From: Myxococcota bacterium
Lineage (GTDB): Bacteria > Myxococcota_A > UBA9160 > UBA4427
NCBI GenBank assembly: GCA_965250285.1
Contig: OZ252299.1
Coordinates: forward strand, 1,664,001-1,728,000
Reading direction: 5' to 3'
Length of the DNA: 64,000 nt
The notes under the pieces were generated by a model that was given only the letters and a program-made list of their open reading frames with translations, was not told the DNA's origin and did not search any database. A program made the position numbers and the translations under genes. Positions 28,334 to 37,739 of this stretch are shown here, in pieces; position 1 is the stretch's first letter; every line of letters begins with the position of its first letter.

Positions 28334-29302
28334 ATGACCGACACCGGATCGCAACAGAGCGACGATCGGCCGCCGGTCGTCGTCGTGACCGGCCCGACCG
28401 CGAGCGGCAAGACGGGCCTCGCCATCGAGCTGGCCGAGCGCTTCGACGGCGAGATCGTCAACGCCGACTCGATGCAGGTCTACCGGTACATGGATATCGG
28501 CACGGCCAAGCCGAGCCTCGAAGAGCGCGCCCGGGTGCCGCATCACCTCTTCGACGTCGTGCCCCCCGACGCCGACTACAGCGCCGGTCGCTACAGCGAA
28601 GAGGCGCGCCGTGTCGTGGCCGAGATCCATGCTCGAAACCATCTGCCGCTGCTCGTGGGCGGCACGGGGCTCTACATCCGCGCGTTTCTCTACGGGCTGG
28701 TGGCGACCGGCGCCGCCGACAGTGCGCTGCGCGAGCGCCTCGAGGACGAGCAGAAGAGGGCGGCCGAGGCGGGCGACCCCGAGCGACTCCACCGTCGACT
28801 CGCCGACCTCGATCCCGACGCGGCGTCGAAGATCCACCCGAACGATGTCCGCCGCACCGTGCGCGCGCTCGAGATCGTCGAGCAGAGTCGCGGGGCCGCG
28901 TCCGAGGTGCGACGCGCTCACGGCTTCGCCGAGTGTCCGTACCGGGTGCTCCACCTCGCGGTCGACCCCGGCCGTGACGTCCTCGCCGAGCGCATCGACC
29001 GGCGCTGCGAGACGATGATCGAGGCGGGGCTGCTGCGGGAGGTGCGGCGTCTGCGCGACCGGGGCTATGGGCCCGATCTGCGCCCGATGCAGGCGATCGG
29101 CTACCGACACGTGCAGCCCGTCGTCGATGGCAGCGAGACGCTCGCCGGCGCGCTGGTCGCGATGCAGGCCGACACGCGGCGCTTCGCCCGGCGGCAGCGG
29201 ACGTGGCTCAGGAAGGTCGACGAAGCCGAGTGGATCGATCCCGAAGATCGCGATGCGATCGAGGCGCGGGTGAGGGCGTTCCTGGCCGAGTCGGGCCGTT
29301 GA
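28334..29302 (+). CDS. miaA: tRNA dimethylallyltransferase
   Basis: GPTASGKT, NADSMQVY..MDIGTAKP, VGGTGLY, AIGY, ARRQRTW. Confidence 0.97.
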   Translation: MTDTGSQQSDDRPPVVVVTGPTASGKTGLAIELAERFDGEIVNADSMQVYRYMDIGTAKPSLEERARVPHHLFDVVPPDADYSAGRYSEEARRVVAEIHARNHLPLLVGGTGLYIRAFLYGLVATGAADSALRERLEDEQKRAAEAGDPERLHRRLADLDPDAASKIHPNDVRRTVRALEIVEQSRGAASEVRRAHGFAECPYRVLHLAVDPGRDVLAERIDRRCETMIEAGLLREVRRLRDRGYGPDLRPMQAIGYRHVQPVVDGSETLAGALVAMQADTRRFARRQRTWLRKVDEAEWIDPEDRDAIEARVRAFLAESGR

Positions 29303-29323
29303 GGCACCCGAGCGCGGTCGAGC

Positions 29324-29899
29324 TCAGTAGTCGGCGCGGGTGTAGTTGATCCCGAAGCGGAACGGAATCGAGATCAGGGTCGCCACCGGATTCCACCGGA
29401 CGTACCACTTCTCGTTCCACGAGAGCGGGTTCTCCCAGTCGGCGACGACGGCCGAACCCGACTCGACCGGCGAGAAGAGCTCGTCCATATCCCCGTCGAA
29501 CGGAAAGAGCAGCACCCCGGGCACCGTTTCGAGGCCGCCGGTGATCGTGCGAATCGCGCCACAACCAAACGTCAGCCCGACGAGCCAGACGTAACCGGGC
29601 ACGGCATAGGTGACGCGCACGGCTCGACTGTCGTCGATGTCGCGCAGGTTGGTCACCAGGATGTGACCGCCGGTGTAGGGCGATACGGCCGAATCGAGCG
29701 GGCCATTGATGATGTTCGAGAACGCCATGCGCAGCGTCGCATCGGTGGCGTGCGCGGCACCCGGCCACGCGGTCGTGGCGACGAGGCTCGCTGCGAGCAC
29801 GACGGCCCACAGGCCGCTCGACTTCGAAGCCCGTCCGCGCCGGCGCGTCGACGTGCGGGGGGGCTCGTCCCGGTACGATCGGGGAAGGGCGCGTTGCAT
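29324..29899 (-). CDS. Exported hypothetical protein, possibly TIGR04073-like (exosortase-associated)
   Basis: Signal ...AAHA; 'AFSNIINGPLD...GAIRTITGGLETVPGVLLFP' pattern. Confidence 0.55.
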   Translation of the reverse strand: MQRALPRSYRDEPPRTSTRRRGRASKSSGLWAVVLAASLVATTAWPGAAHATDATLRMAFSNIINGPLDSAVSPYTGGHILVTNLRDIDDSRAVRVTYAVPGYVWLVGLTFGCGAIRTITGGLETVPGVLLFPFDGDMDELFSPVESGSAVVADWENPLSWNEKWYVRWNPVATLISIPFRFGINYTRADY

Positions 29900-30143
29900 G
29901 AGTTCCTCCGTCCCGTGCGCCTCGGCGCGCTGCTCGGTGGGGCGGGATCCGAATCGAGGCGAGCCGCCCCCGAGTCCGTCGAACCGTGGCCGCCGGGAAG
30001 TGCGCAGACTACGTGCCCGAGCGATTCGTTGTCAAGCAGCCGCTTCAGCCGAAAGTCGCGTCGGATCGGGGATTTGGAGTGCGACCTGCAAGCTCGGCCG
30101 GCGCGGCCAGAGGCACCCCCTGGGCTATCGTCCGCCGCGCCTC

Positions 30144-31502
30144 ATGAACGCTTCCCACGCCATTCCCATCGTCGCGATCGTCGGTCGTCCGAACGTCGGC
30201 AAGTCGACGCTGTTCAATCGCTACGCCGGCCGCCGGCGCGCCCTGGTCGCCGATCGCCCGGGGCTGACTCGCGACCGGATCGCGGAGCAGGTCGAGGTCG
30301 AGGGGCGACTGATCCTGCTCGTCGATACCGCGGGGCTCGACTCGGCGGCCGAAGCCGGGCTCGATGCCGCCGTCCAGCGGCAGGCCGAGTCGGCGGTCGA
30401 TGAAGCCGACGCGGTGCTGTTCGTCGTCGACGGCAAGGCGGGTCTCTTGCCCGAAGACGAGGGGATCGCCCGCACGCTGCGAAAGAGCCGCAAGCCGCTC
30501 GCTCTGGTCGTCAACAAGATCGATCAACCAGAGCATCATGGAGACAGGGTCAACGACTTCTATTCGCTGGGTTTTTCCGATCTGCACCCCGTCTCGGCCG
30601 AGCATGGCCACGGCGCATTCGATGCGCTCGAGGAGCTCGTGTCGAAGTTGCCGCCGGCGCCCGCGACGGGGGCCGGCGACGCAGACGACGAAGATGCGCC
30701 GGCGCGCATTGCCATCGTGGGTCGGCCCAACGTCGGCAAGAGCTCGCTCACGAACCGCCTGCTCGGCGAAGAGCGCGTGGTCGTGTCCGACGTCGCCGGC
30801 ACGACGCGCGACGCGATCGACACCGAGCTCGAGATCGACGGCGAGATGTTCGTGCTGATCGACACGGCGGGCCTGCGGCGACCGGGACGTCGCCAGGGCA
30901 TCGGCGAGAAGGTCGGTGCGCTGATGACCGTGCGGTCGCTCGAGCGCGCCGATGTCGCGCTCCTCGTGATCGATGGCGAAGAGGGTTTCACCGACCAGGA
31001 CGCCCATGTCGGTCGCTCGCTGCGCGACCTCGGCTGCGCGGCGGTGGCGGTCGTCAACAAGTGGGATCTCGTGCCCAGGGAGCGGCGGAAGGACGTGCTC
31101 GACGGGGTCGAGCACGGGCTGCGCTTCATGGAGGACGTGCCCATCGTGACCCTGTCGGCGAAGACCGGGGCACGGGTCACGAAGCTGCTGCCGCTCATCG
31201 TTCGGGCCGCGCAGGCCGGCGGGCAACGGATCCCGACGGCCGAGCTCAACCGCTGGCTCAAGGATGCCGTGGCGCGCCACGACCCGGGCATGGGCCGCAA
31301 GGGCTCGGGTCGGGGACCGATCAAGTTCCTCTACGCCACCCAGGTTGGCGTGCGACCGCCGACGTTCGCGCTCTTCGGGACGGCACCCGAGGCGGTGAGT
31401 ACGGCGTATCGGCGCTTCCTCGAAAATCGGCTGCGCGAGAGCTTCGGCTTCGAGGGCACGCCGATCCGGCTCGTGCTGCGCGCGCGCCGCGACGACGGCT
31501 GA
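30144..31502 (+). CDS. der: Ribosome biogenesis GTPase Der
   Basis: Two G domains (GRPNVGKS twice, DTAG twice, NKID/NKWD) and a KH-like tail FGFEGTPIRL. Confidence 0.97.
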   Translation: MNASHAIPIVAIVGRPNVGKSTLFNRYAGRRRALVADRPGLTRDRIAEQVEVEGRLILLVDTAGLDSAAEAGLDAAVQRQAESAVDEADAVLFVVDGKAGLLPEDEGIARTLRKSRKPLALVVNKIDQPEHHGDRVNDFYSLGFSDLHPVSAEHGHGAFDALEELVSKLPPAPATGAGDADDEDAPARIAIVGRPNVGKSSLTNRLLGEERVVVSDVAGTTRDAIDTELEIDGEMFVLIDTAGLRRPGRRQGIGEKVGALMTVRSLERADVALLVIDGEEGFTDQDAHVGRSLRDLGCAAVAVVNKWDLVPRERRKDVLDGVEHGLRFMEDVPIVTLSAKTGARVTKLLPLIVRAAQAGGQRIPTAELNRWLKDAVARHDPGMGRKGSGRGPIKFLYATQVGVRPPTFALFGTAPEAVSTAYRRFLENRLRESFGFEGTPIRLVLRARRDDG

Positions 31503-31649
31503 GCCGATGCCGCCACGGCCGGTCGCCGCGAGGCTGCAAACGGGGCCACGCGGATCGGCGAGGCCGCATGCATCGCACGGGCTCGAACTCGCCGCGCTCT
31601 CCGATACAATGCCGGCCCTCGAAAACCGCTCGAGCCTCCAGGAGATCCC

Positions 31650-32396
31650 GTGGCGAAGCGCAACAAGAGAAAGCCCGCACCCGACTCGGCGACGCATGCG
31701 CTCGACGGGATCGAACGCGAGACCGATCGGCTCGCCGAGTGGATGACCGAGCACCAGGTGACGATCCTCGCCGTGGCCGCCGGGGTGCTCGTGCTGGCCG
31801 CCATCGTCGGGTTCGCGACCTCGAGCCGGCAATCCTCGCGGGCCGAGGCCGCCGAGGCGTTCGCGGCGCTCCAGACCGAGTATCGCGTCGCCATGGGTGC
31901 GCCGGCCGGCGCCATCGAGATCGCCGAACCCGCCAACCCCGAGACGGCGGAGGCCGTGCGCACCGAGTACGCCGCCCGCTTCGGCGAGCTCGCGAAGACC
32001 CACCGGGGCGACATCATCGGGGCGCTCGCGTCGCTGGAGCAGTCGGGCATCGAGCAGGCGCTCGGCGACGACGCGGCCGCGCTCGCCATCATCGACACGT
32101 CGCTGGCGGCGCAGCCGAGTGGCGCAGAGACCCGAGACTTCCTCGAGAGTCGCCGCGCCGGGCTGCTGGAGCAGCTCGGGCGCTTCGACGAGGCCGCAGC
32201 AGCCTGGGCCGCGGCCGCGTCGGCCGACAATCCGCGCCGCGCCGAGCTGCTGGCCAACGCAGCGCGCTGCTGGGCCGAGGCCGGCAACGCCGACAAAGCG
32301 CTGTCGGTGTGGCAGGAGGCCGAGGGCCTCGACGGGGCCGGCCGCATCCCGCCGTACGTGCGCGCTCGCATGGAAGAGCTGGCCGCCGAGGCCTGA
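31650..32396 (+). CDS. YfgM-like membrane-anchored TPR protein
   Basis: Single TM followed by TPR-like helices; AGGAG SD; next to der. Confidence 0.7.
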   Translation: MAKRNKRKPAPDSATHALDGIERETDRLAEWMTEHQVTILAVAAGVLVLAAIVGFATSSRQSSRAEAAEAFAALQTEYRVAMGAPAGAIEIAEPANPETAEAVRTEYAARFGELAKTHRGDIIGALASLEQSGIEQALGDDAAALAIIDTSLAAQPSGAETRDFLESRRAGLLEQLGRFDEAAAAWAAAASADNPRRAELLANAARCWAEAGNADKALSVWQEAEGLDGAGRIPPYVRARMEELAAEA

Positions 32397-32615
32397 TCCG
32401 AACGCGCTGCCAAAGTCGTGGCTCAGGCCCGTCCGTCGGCGGGCCATGCCACCTGGGACCGACGCGGCCACGGGCTCCGCCTGGGCCCGCGGGCCCGATC
32501 TGCGGCTGCGGCGCACCCGTGCGAATGCTCTCCCGAAACCCCTGATTCGAGGCTCGTGAGGGGCTCGTTGGCCTTCACGACCGAACTGCGCCCATTCGCG
32601 GATGGTCATCCCGAG

Positions 32616-32643
32616 AAGGCCGATAAGATATATTATGTCAAAT
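32616..32643. other. dif: Chromosomal dif site (XerC/XerD)
   Basis: AAGGCCGATAA-GATATA-TTATGTCAAAT: 11-6-11 layout, XerD arm 10/11 identical to E. coli TTATGTTAAAT; intergenic; KOPS polarity flips here. Confidence 0.9.
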
Positions 32644-32756
32644 AGAGAATGTCCTGGATGGAGGGGCGCCGAGCGCGTGCGAAGCGACCTTTCGCCCGCG
32701 CCTTCGAGCGTCGGCTTCGCCCCGACCGCGCGACGCGCGCGCTACCCCTTCTCGTC

Positions 32757-33683
32757 ATGTGCGGACGAGTCCACCTCACGCATTCGGCCCAGGAGATCGC
32801 GGCCTTCTTCGATCTCCCCGACGCCCAGCTCGAGTTCGCAGCGCCGCGCTACAACGTCGCGCCCGGTGCGCGGCTGCCCGCGCTGCGACTCGACGACGCC
32901 GGCACCCCCGAGCTCGTGACGCTGCGCTGGGGCCTGATCCCGCCCTGGGCCAAGGACGAGCGCATCGGCTACCGCACGATCAACGCCCGGTCGGAGACCG
33001 CCGCCGAGAAGCCGTCATTTCGCAGTGCCTGGAAGCGCCGTCGCTGCGCGATCGCGGTCTCGGGCTACTACGAATGGTGGCGGCGCAAGCCCAAGGCTCG
33101 GCCCGAACGGGCCTACCGCTTCTATCCGGTCGACGCGCCGCTCTTCGCGTTCGCGGGCCTCTGGGAGCGCTGGGATCCCGGCGATGGCCCGCCGATCGAG
33201 TCCTGCACGATCCTCACGCGGGCCGCGGCCCCCGCGCTCCAGGCGATTCATGACCGACAGCCGATCCTGCTCGCACCGACCGAGATCGACCGCTGGGTCT
33301 CGGCGGGCGCGCCCCCGGCCCTCGAGGAGCTGGTCGATCCCGCGCGAACCGGCGTGCGGGTGGCCGTCGAGCAAGTCTCGACGGTGGTCAACGACGCGCG
33401 CAACGAGGACCCCGCCTGTGTCGTCGCCGACCCCGCCCTCGATTTGGCCGAGCAGCTGATGCAGCGCCGCGGCTGGGGCGACGGTTTCGAGGCCACGGCC
33501 TTCGGGCCTCAGGCGCGCTGGCGAGATCCGGCGACCGGCGAGCCCGGCCGGCTCGATCCCGAGAGCCCCGAGCTCGTACGGGTCCTTGTGGCCGAGATGG
33601 ACGCGGCCGCCGTCGACATCACGACGATTCGGACGCTGTCGCCCGCCGAGATCGGCGAAGCGTGGCTGGCCTGGCGCAGCTGA
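32757..33683 (+). CDS. SOS response-associated peptidase (SRAP/YedK/HMCES) with C-terminal extension
   Basis: MCGR start, RYNVAP, LRWGLIP, INARSET, GYYEW, FAGLWE, IHDRQP. Confidence 0.92.
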   Translation: MCGRVHLTHSAQEIAAFFDLPDAQLEFAAPRYNVAPGARLPALRLDDAGTPELVTLRWGLIPPWAKDERIGYRTINARSETAAEKPSFRSAWKRRRCAIAVSGYYEWWRRKPKARPERAYRFYPVDAPLFAFAGLWERWDPGDGPPIESCTILTRAAAPALQAIHDRQPILLAPTEIDRWVSAGAPPALEELVDPARTGVRVAVEQVSTVVNDARNEDPACVVADPALDLAEQLMQRRGWGDGFEATAFGPQARWRDPATGEPGRLDPESPELVRVLVAEMDAAAVDITTIRTLSPAEIGEAWLAWRS

Positions 33684-33889
33684 GCGCAGGACGGCCGTCG
33701 GCCTCGCGCAGGCGATCGACTACGCCCAGGCCGGTCTGACGCCGCAGCGCCGCGAGCCGCACGCCCGGACGGCGTGCGCCGAAGCCCCGCAACGGCCCAC
33801 CAGCGTTCGGGAAATCGGTGCGCTCGCCCTACCGCTCCCTCGCGGGGGGTGCTATACGCGCGACGAATTCGACCGAATCCAGGAGCGAC

Positions 33890-35323
33890 GTGGGGGCGCC
33901 GACGGCTCGACGACAGCAGGAACCGCGCCAGGCCTTCGAAGCGGCGGGCCAGGGGCACGTGTTCGCGCACTGGGAAACGCTCTCGCCGAGCGAGCAGACG
34001 GACCTGCTCGCCCAGACGGAGGCGCTGGCGCCCCGCCTCGAGGCGCTGACGGCCGCCTGGCGCGCTGCGACCGCCCACACGTCCTCGGATGGCCCGGCGC
34101 AGCTCAGCCCGCCTGAGGTCGTCGCCCTGCCCGAGCACGGCGGCAAGCCCGAAGAGATCGCCCGCGCCCGAGCGCGCGGCCTCGAGCTGCTCGACGCCGG
34201 CCGCGTCGCCGTTTTCGTGGTCGCGGGGGGTCAGGGCACACGGCTGGGGTTCGATGGCCCCAAGGGCGTCTACCCGGTCGGCCCGGTCAGCGATCGCACG
34301 CTGTTTCGCCTCCAGGCACAGAAGATCGAGGGTTGGCGTCGTCGAACGGGGCGCGCCCTTCCCTGGTACGTCATGACGAGTCCGGCCACCCACGCCGGCA
34401 CCGTCGAGCACTTCGAGCGCGAGTCGCACTTCGGGCTGCCCCGCGAAGACGTGCGCATCTTCCAGCAGGAGACGGTGCCCGCCTTCGACGACGACGGCCG
34501 CTTCTTTCTCGAGACCCCGAGCCGCATCTTCGAGAATCCGGGTGGGCACGGTGGCGCGCTCAAGGCCCTGCTCGACTCGGGGGCGCTCGATGACATGGAT
34601 GCGCGTGGCATCGACCGGGTCTTCTACTACCAGGTCGACAATCCCCTCGCCCCGCTGGCCGACCCGGTCTTCCTCGGGCTGCACGACCTCGCGGGCGCCG
34701 AGATCTCGTGCAAGGTGATCCGCAAGGACGATCCGATGGAGAAGGTCGGGATCGTGGCCCGGGTCGACGGCCGACTGGGGATCGTCGAATACACCGAGCT
34801 CGGCGACGCCGAGCGCCATCTGCGCGACGACGACGGCCAGCTCGTGTACTGGGCCGGCAACATCGCGATTCATTGCTTCGACACGCAGTTCGTACGCCGC
34901 GTCGCAGAGCGCGCCGACGCCTGGTTGCCGCTGCATGCCTCGCGCAAGAAGATCCCGTTCGTCGATGTCGCGGGTGTCCGCCACGAGCCCACCGAGCCCA
35001 ACGGTGACAAGCTCGAGCGCTTCGTCTTCGACGCCCTGCCCCGCGCCGAGCGCGTGTGCGTGCAGGAGGTGCGCGCGAGCGAAGAGTTCGCGCCGATCAA
35101 GAACGCCGAAGGCAACGACTCACCGGCGAGCGCGCGAGCGGCCCTCGTGGACCAGTACCACGCGTGGCTCGACGACACGCCCGTTGCCGACGAGCTGCGT
35201 GGCCAGACGATCGAGATCGATCACGCCGTGATCGATGGCGCGGCCGACGCGCAGGCGCTCGCCGCCGACAACCCCGAAGTCATCCGCGACGCGATTCGTG
35301 TCGCCACAGGGAACGACGCATGA
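33890..35323 (+). CDS. UDPGP type 1 family nucleotidyltransferase (UAP1-like UDP-GlcNAc pyrophosphorylase)
   Basis: AGGQGTRLG...PKG, PGGHGG, QVDNP, EKVG, VEYTE, KLERFVFD, EFAPIKNA; AGGAG SD before GTG. Confidence 0.88.
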   Translation: MGAPTARRQQEPRQAFEAAGQGHVFAHWETLSPSEQTDLLAQTEALAPRLEALTAAWRAATAHTSSDGPAQLSPPEVVALPEHGGKPEEIARARARGLELLDAGRVAVFVVAGGQGTRLGFDGPKGVYPVGPVSDRTLFRLQAQKIEGWRRRTGRALPWYVMTSPATHAGTVEHFERESHFGLPREDVRIFQQETVPAFDDDGRFFLETPSRIFENPGGHGGALKALLDSGALDDMDARGIDRVFYYQVDNPLAPLADPVFLGLHDLAGAEISCKVIRKDDPMEKVGIVARVDGRLGIVEYTELGDAERHLRDDDGQLVYWAGNIAIHCFDTQFVRRVAERADAWLPLHASRKKIPFVDVAGVRHEPTEPNGDKLERFVFDALPRAERVCVQEVRASEEFAPIKNAEGNDSPASARAALVDQYHAWLDDTPVADELRGQTIEIDHAVIDGAADAQALAADNPEVIRDAIRVATGNDA

Positions 35324-36246
35324 GCCCGACGAAGTCGAAAGCCTCGAAGAGCAAGACCGCAGCGGCGAAGAAGGCCGCGGCCAAGAAGAAGAAGGCCGCC
35401 GCCAAGAAGAAGGCCGTGGCCGACAAGAAGGCCGGAGCGGCGAAGAAGAAGGCCGCGGCCGCCAAGAAGAAGGCGGCGGCCGCGAAGAAGAAGGCTGCGG
35501 CGGCCAAGAAGAAGGCCGTGTTGGCCAAGAAGGCGGCGGCGGCCAAAAAGAAGGCTGCGGCGAAGAAGGAGAAGGCGCGCAAGGACGCGATCCGCAAGAA
35601 GGAAGCGGCGCGCAAGGCCGCCGAGAAGAAGAAGGCCGCCGCCAAGAAGGCCGCCGAGAAGAAGGCCCGCGACGCCGCGCGCAAGAAGGCGCAGGCCGAG
35701 AAGGAGGCCGAGCGCAAGCGGATCAAGGCCGAAAAGGAAGCGGCGCGCAAGAAGGCCGCCGAGGAGAAGGCCGCTGCACGCAAGGCTGCCGCCGAGGAGA
35801 AGGCCCGCATCGCGGCCGAGAAGAAGGCGGCACGCGAAGAGGCGAAGCGCATTGCGGCCGAGAAGAAGGCCGCCGAGCAGGCCGAGAAGGAGCGTCGCCG
35901 ACGCCGCGCGAAGAACTTTCAGCCCCCCGGCCCGAAGCACCCGACGCGGGGATACAAGTTCACGTGTTGGAACTGCGGCCTGAAGTTCTACGACATGAAC
36001 AAGCCCGATCCCGTCTGCCCGAAGTGCGGCGTCGATCAGCGCGACAAGCCGAGCGGATCGGAAGCGGCCGAGGAGGCCCCGATCAATCGGCCGATCGTGC
36101 GGCCGATGGCGCCGCTCCTGGACGACGACGACGAGATCGCGAACCCCGCCGACGACGAATCGACCAACGAGAAAGGGGGCGGCGAGGAGATGTTCGACGA
36201 TGTCACCGACGCCTCGGTGGCCGAGAGCGACGACGACGAGTCGTAG
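35320..36246 (+). CDS. Histone-H1-like Lys/Ala-rich protein fused to a FYDLN-acid (TIGR02300-like) zinc ribbon
   Basis: About 190 aa of AAKKK/AAEKK repeats, then CWNCGLKFYDMNKPDPVCPKCG and an acidic tail; ATGA overlap. Confidence 0.85.
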   Translation: MSPTKSKASKSKTAAAKKAAAKKKKAAAKKKAVADKKAGAAKKKAAAAKKKAAAAKKKAAAAKKKAVLAKKAAAAKKKAAAKKEKARKDAIRKKEAARKAAEKKKAAAKKAAEKKARDAARKKAQAEKEAERKRIKAEKEAARKKAAEEKAAARKAAAEEKARIAAEKKAAREEAKRIAAEKKAAEQAEKERRRRRAKNFQPPGPKHPTRGYKFTCWNCGLKFYDMNKPDPVCPKCGVDQRDKPSGSEAAEEAPINRPIVRPMAPLLDDDDEIANPADDESTNEKGGGEEMFDDVTDASVAESDDDES

Positions 36247-36337
36247 CGGCGAGCCGAGCGCGCCCGGCCCTGCGAAGTGGGCTCGGCAGGGTGGCTCCAG
36301 CGACGCGGAAGCGCCGCGTGGGTTCGGCGCCGCGCGT

Positions 36338-36775
36338 TCAGATCTGGGTCAGTCGCCGCAGATGCGCTTGCCAGCCATCGCCCAGCTCGGCGCGGGCCGC
36401 GAGCTCGGCATCGATGTCGCGGATCCGGGCCTCGCGCTCGGCGATCTGCGTGCCGAGCTCGCGCAGCCCATCGCTCTGCGCGCGCACGCGTTCGAAGTCG
36501 GCCACCGCCTCGTCCATCATGGCGTGCGATCCGCCGCGCTTGCGTCCCGCTCGAGCGGCGTCGTAGCGGCTCTGCAGCGAAGCAACCTCGGCCTCGTAGG
36601 CCGCGCGAAGGTTCGTCAAGTCGGCCTGCTCGTAGCTGTGGAACGGGCGCTTCGCCTCCGAAGCGGCCTCGGCCTCGAGGTTGCGCACGTAGTTGCCGCC
36701 CCCCGCTGCCACCAGAATGGCGAGCAGGGCGGCCAGCCCCAGCACCGCCTTGCCTTCGATGCGTCGCGTCTTCAT
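36338..36775 (-). CDS. Hypothetical membrane-anchored coiled-coil protein
   Basis: N-terminal TM; ATGA overlap with the PfkB gene. Confidence 0.7.
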   Translation of the reverse strand: MKTRRIEGKAVLGLAALLAILVAAGGGNYVRNLEAEAASEAKRPFHSYEQADLTNLRAAYEAEVASLQSRYDAARAGRKRGGSHAMMDEAVADFERVRAQSDGLRELGTQIAEREARIRDIDAELAARAELGDGWQAHLRRLTQI

Positions 36776-37737
36776 CGATCGATCTCCCTGCCGGCGGCGC
36801 TGCGATCGAGCAACGCCCCCGCCTGCTCGGCGGTGGGCAGCCCCGACTGAGCGCCCTCGCCCCGGCAACTCAGCGCGGCGACCGCGCACCCCATGCGGAG
36901 GCAGACCTCGGCCGAGCCCCCCTCGAGCAGCCCCCAGGCAAAGCCCGCATGAAACGCATCGCCGGCGCCCGTCGTGTCCCGGACTTCGACCGGGAACGCA
37001 GGCACCTCGATGACGTCGTCGCCGAAGCGCCCGATCGCACCGTGCTCTCCGAGCGTGACCACGGCGCCTCGGGCCCCGAGCTCCACGAGCCGGTCGAGAC
37101 AGGCGTGCGGATCTCGGCTGCGATCGAACTCATCGGCAAAATGTCGGCTCACCACAGGAAATTCGACACGAGACAGCAGCTGCTCCCAGTCTTCGAAGAG
37201 CGCGTCCGCGTCCAGCATGACCGGAACGTGTGCACGACGAGCGCACTCGATCGCGGTTCGCGTCGCATCGAGATCGGTGGCGTCGGCCATCAGGAGTCGA
37301 CCCGATTCGATCAGGCGCCGGCGTTTCTTCCCGATGCGCGCGACGAGGCGCGGGTCGCGGTGGGCGAGCACGCTGCGCTCGCCATCGTGGTGTCGCACGT
37401 AGATGTGCGCCGACCGGGTGCGTACGCCCTTGACCCGCCGCACGCCCGTCAGGTCGATGCCCGCGGCCTCGAGCGGCGCGAGCGCCTGCCGGCCGCTCTT
37501 CTCGCGCCCCACTGCGCCGATCAGCGCGGTGCGCAGACCGAGCCGCGCGCAGCCGAGGCTAGAAGTTGCGAGCTGGCCGCCGGGGAGATCGGTCACCTCG
37601 TCGAGCACGGTCTTGTCGCCGGCGGTCGGCCAGCGCTCGACCCGCGCGACCGTATCGATCGAGATCTCGCCGACGCCGACGACGTCGAAGCGCGCATCGC
37701 CGCTCTCGGTGCGACCCAGCAGCGCCTCTTCGGTCAT
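36772..37737 (-). CDS. PfkB family carbohydrate kinase
   Basis: PGGQ, VVTLGEHG, DTTGAGDAFHAG. Confidence 0.9.
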   Translation of the reverse strand: MTEEALLGRTESGDARFDVVGVGEISIDTVARVERWPTAGDKTVLDEVTDLPGGQLATSSLGCARLGLRTALIGAVGREKSGRQALAPLEAAGIDLTGVRRVKGVRTRSAHIYVRHHDGERSVLAHRDPRLVARIGKKRRRLIESGRLLMADATDLDATRTAIECARRAHVPVMLDADALFEDWEQLLSRVEFPVVSRHFADEFDRSRDPHACLDRLVELGARGAVVTLGEHGAIGRFGDDVIEVPAFPVEVRDTTGAGDAFHAGFAWGLLEGGSAEVCLRMGCAVAALSCRGEGAQSGLPTAEQAGALLDRSAAGREIDR

Positions 37738-37739
37738 GT

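Noticed and set aside
25905..32609. Long antisense ORFs (769 aa, 854 aa) and similar shadow ORFs throughout
   Set aside because: They lie opposite clear genes (mutL, der) and are the expected by-product of high-GC codon bias; no recognisable motifs.
35221..35940. Hydrophobic antisense ORFs (Leu/Gly- and Phe/Ala-rich)
   Set aside because: Mirror images of the AAG/GCC repeats of the histone-like gene.
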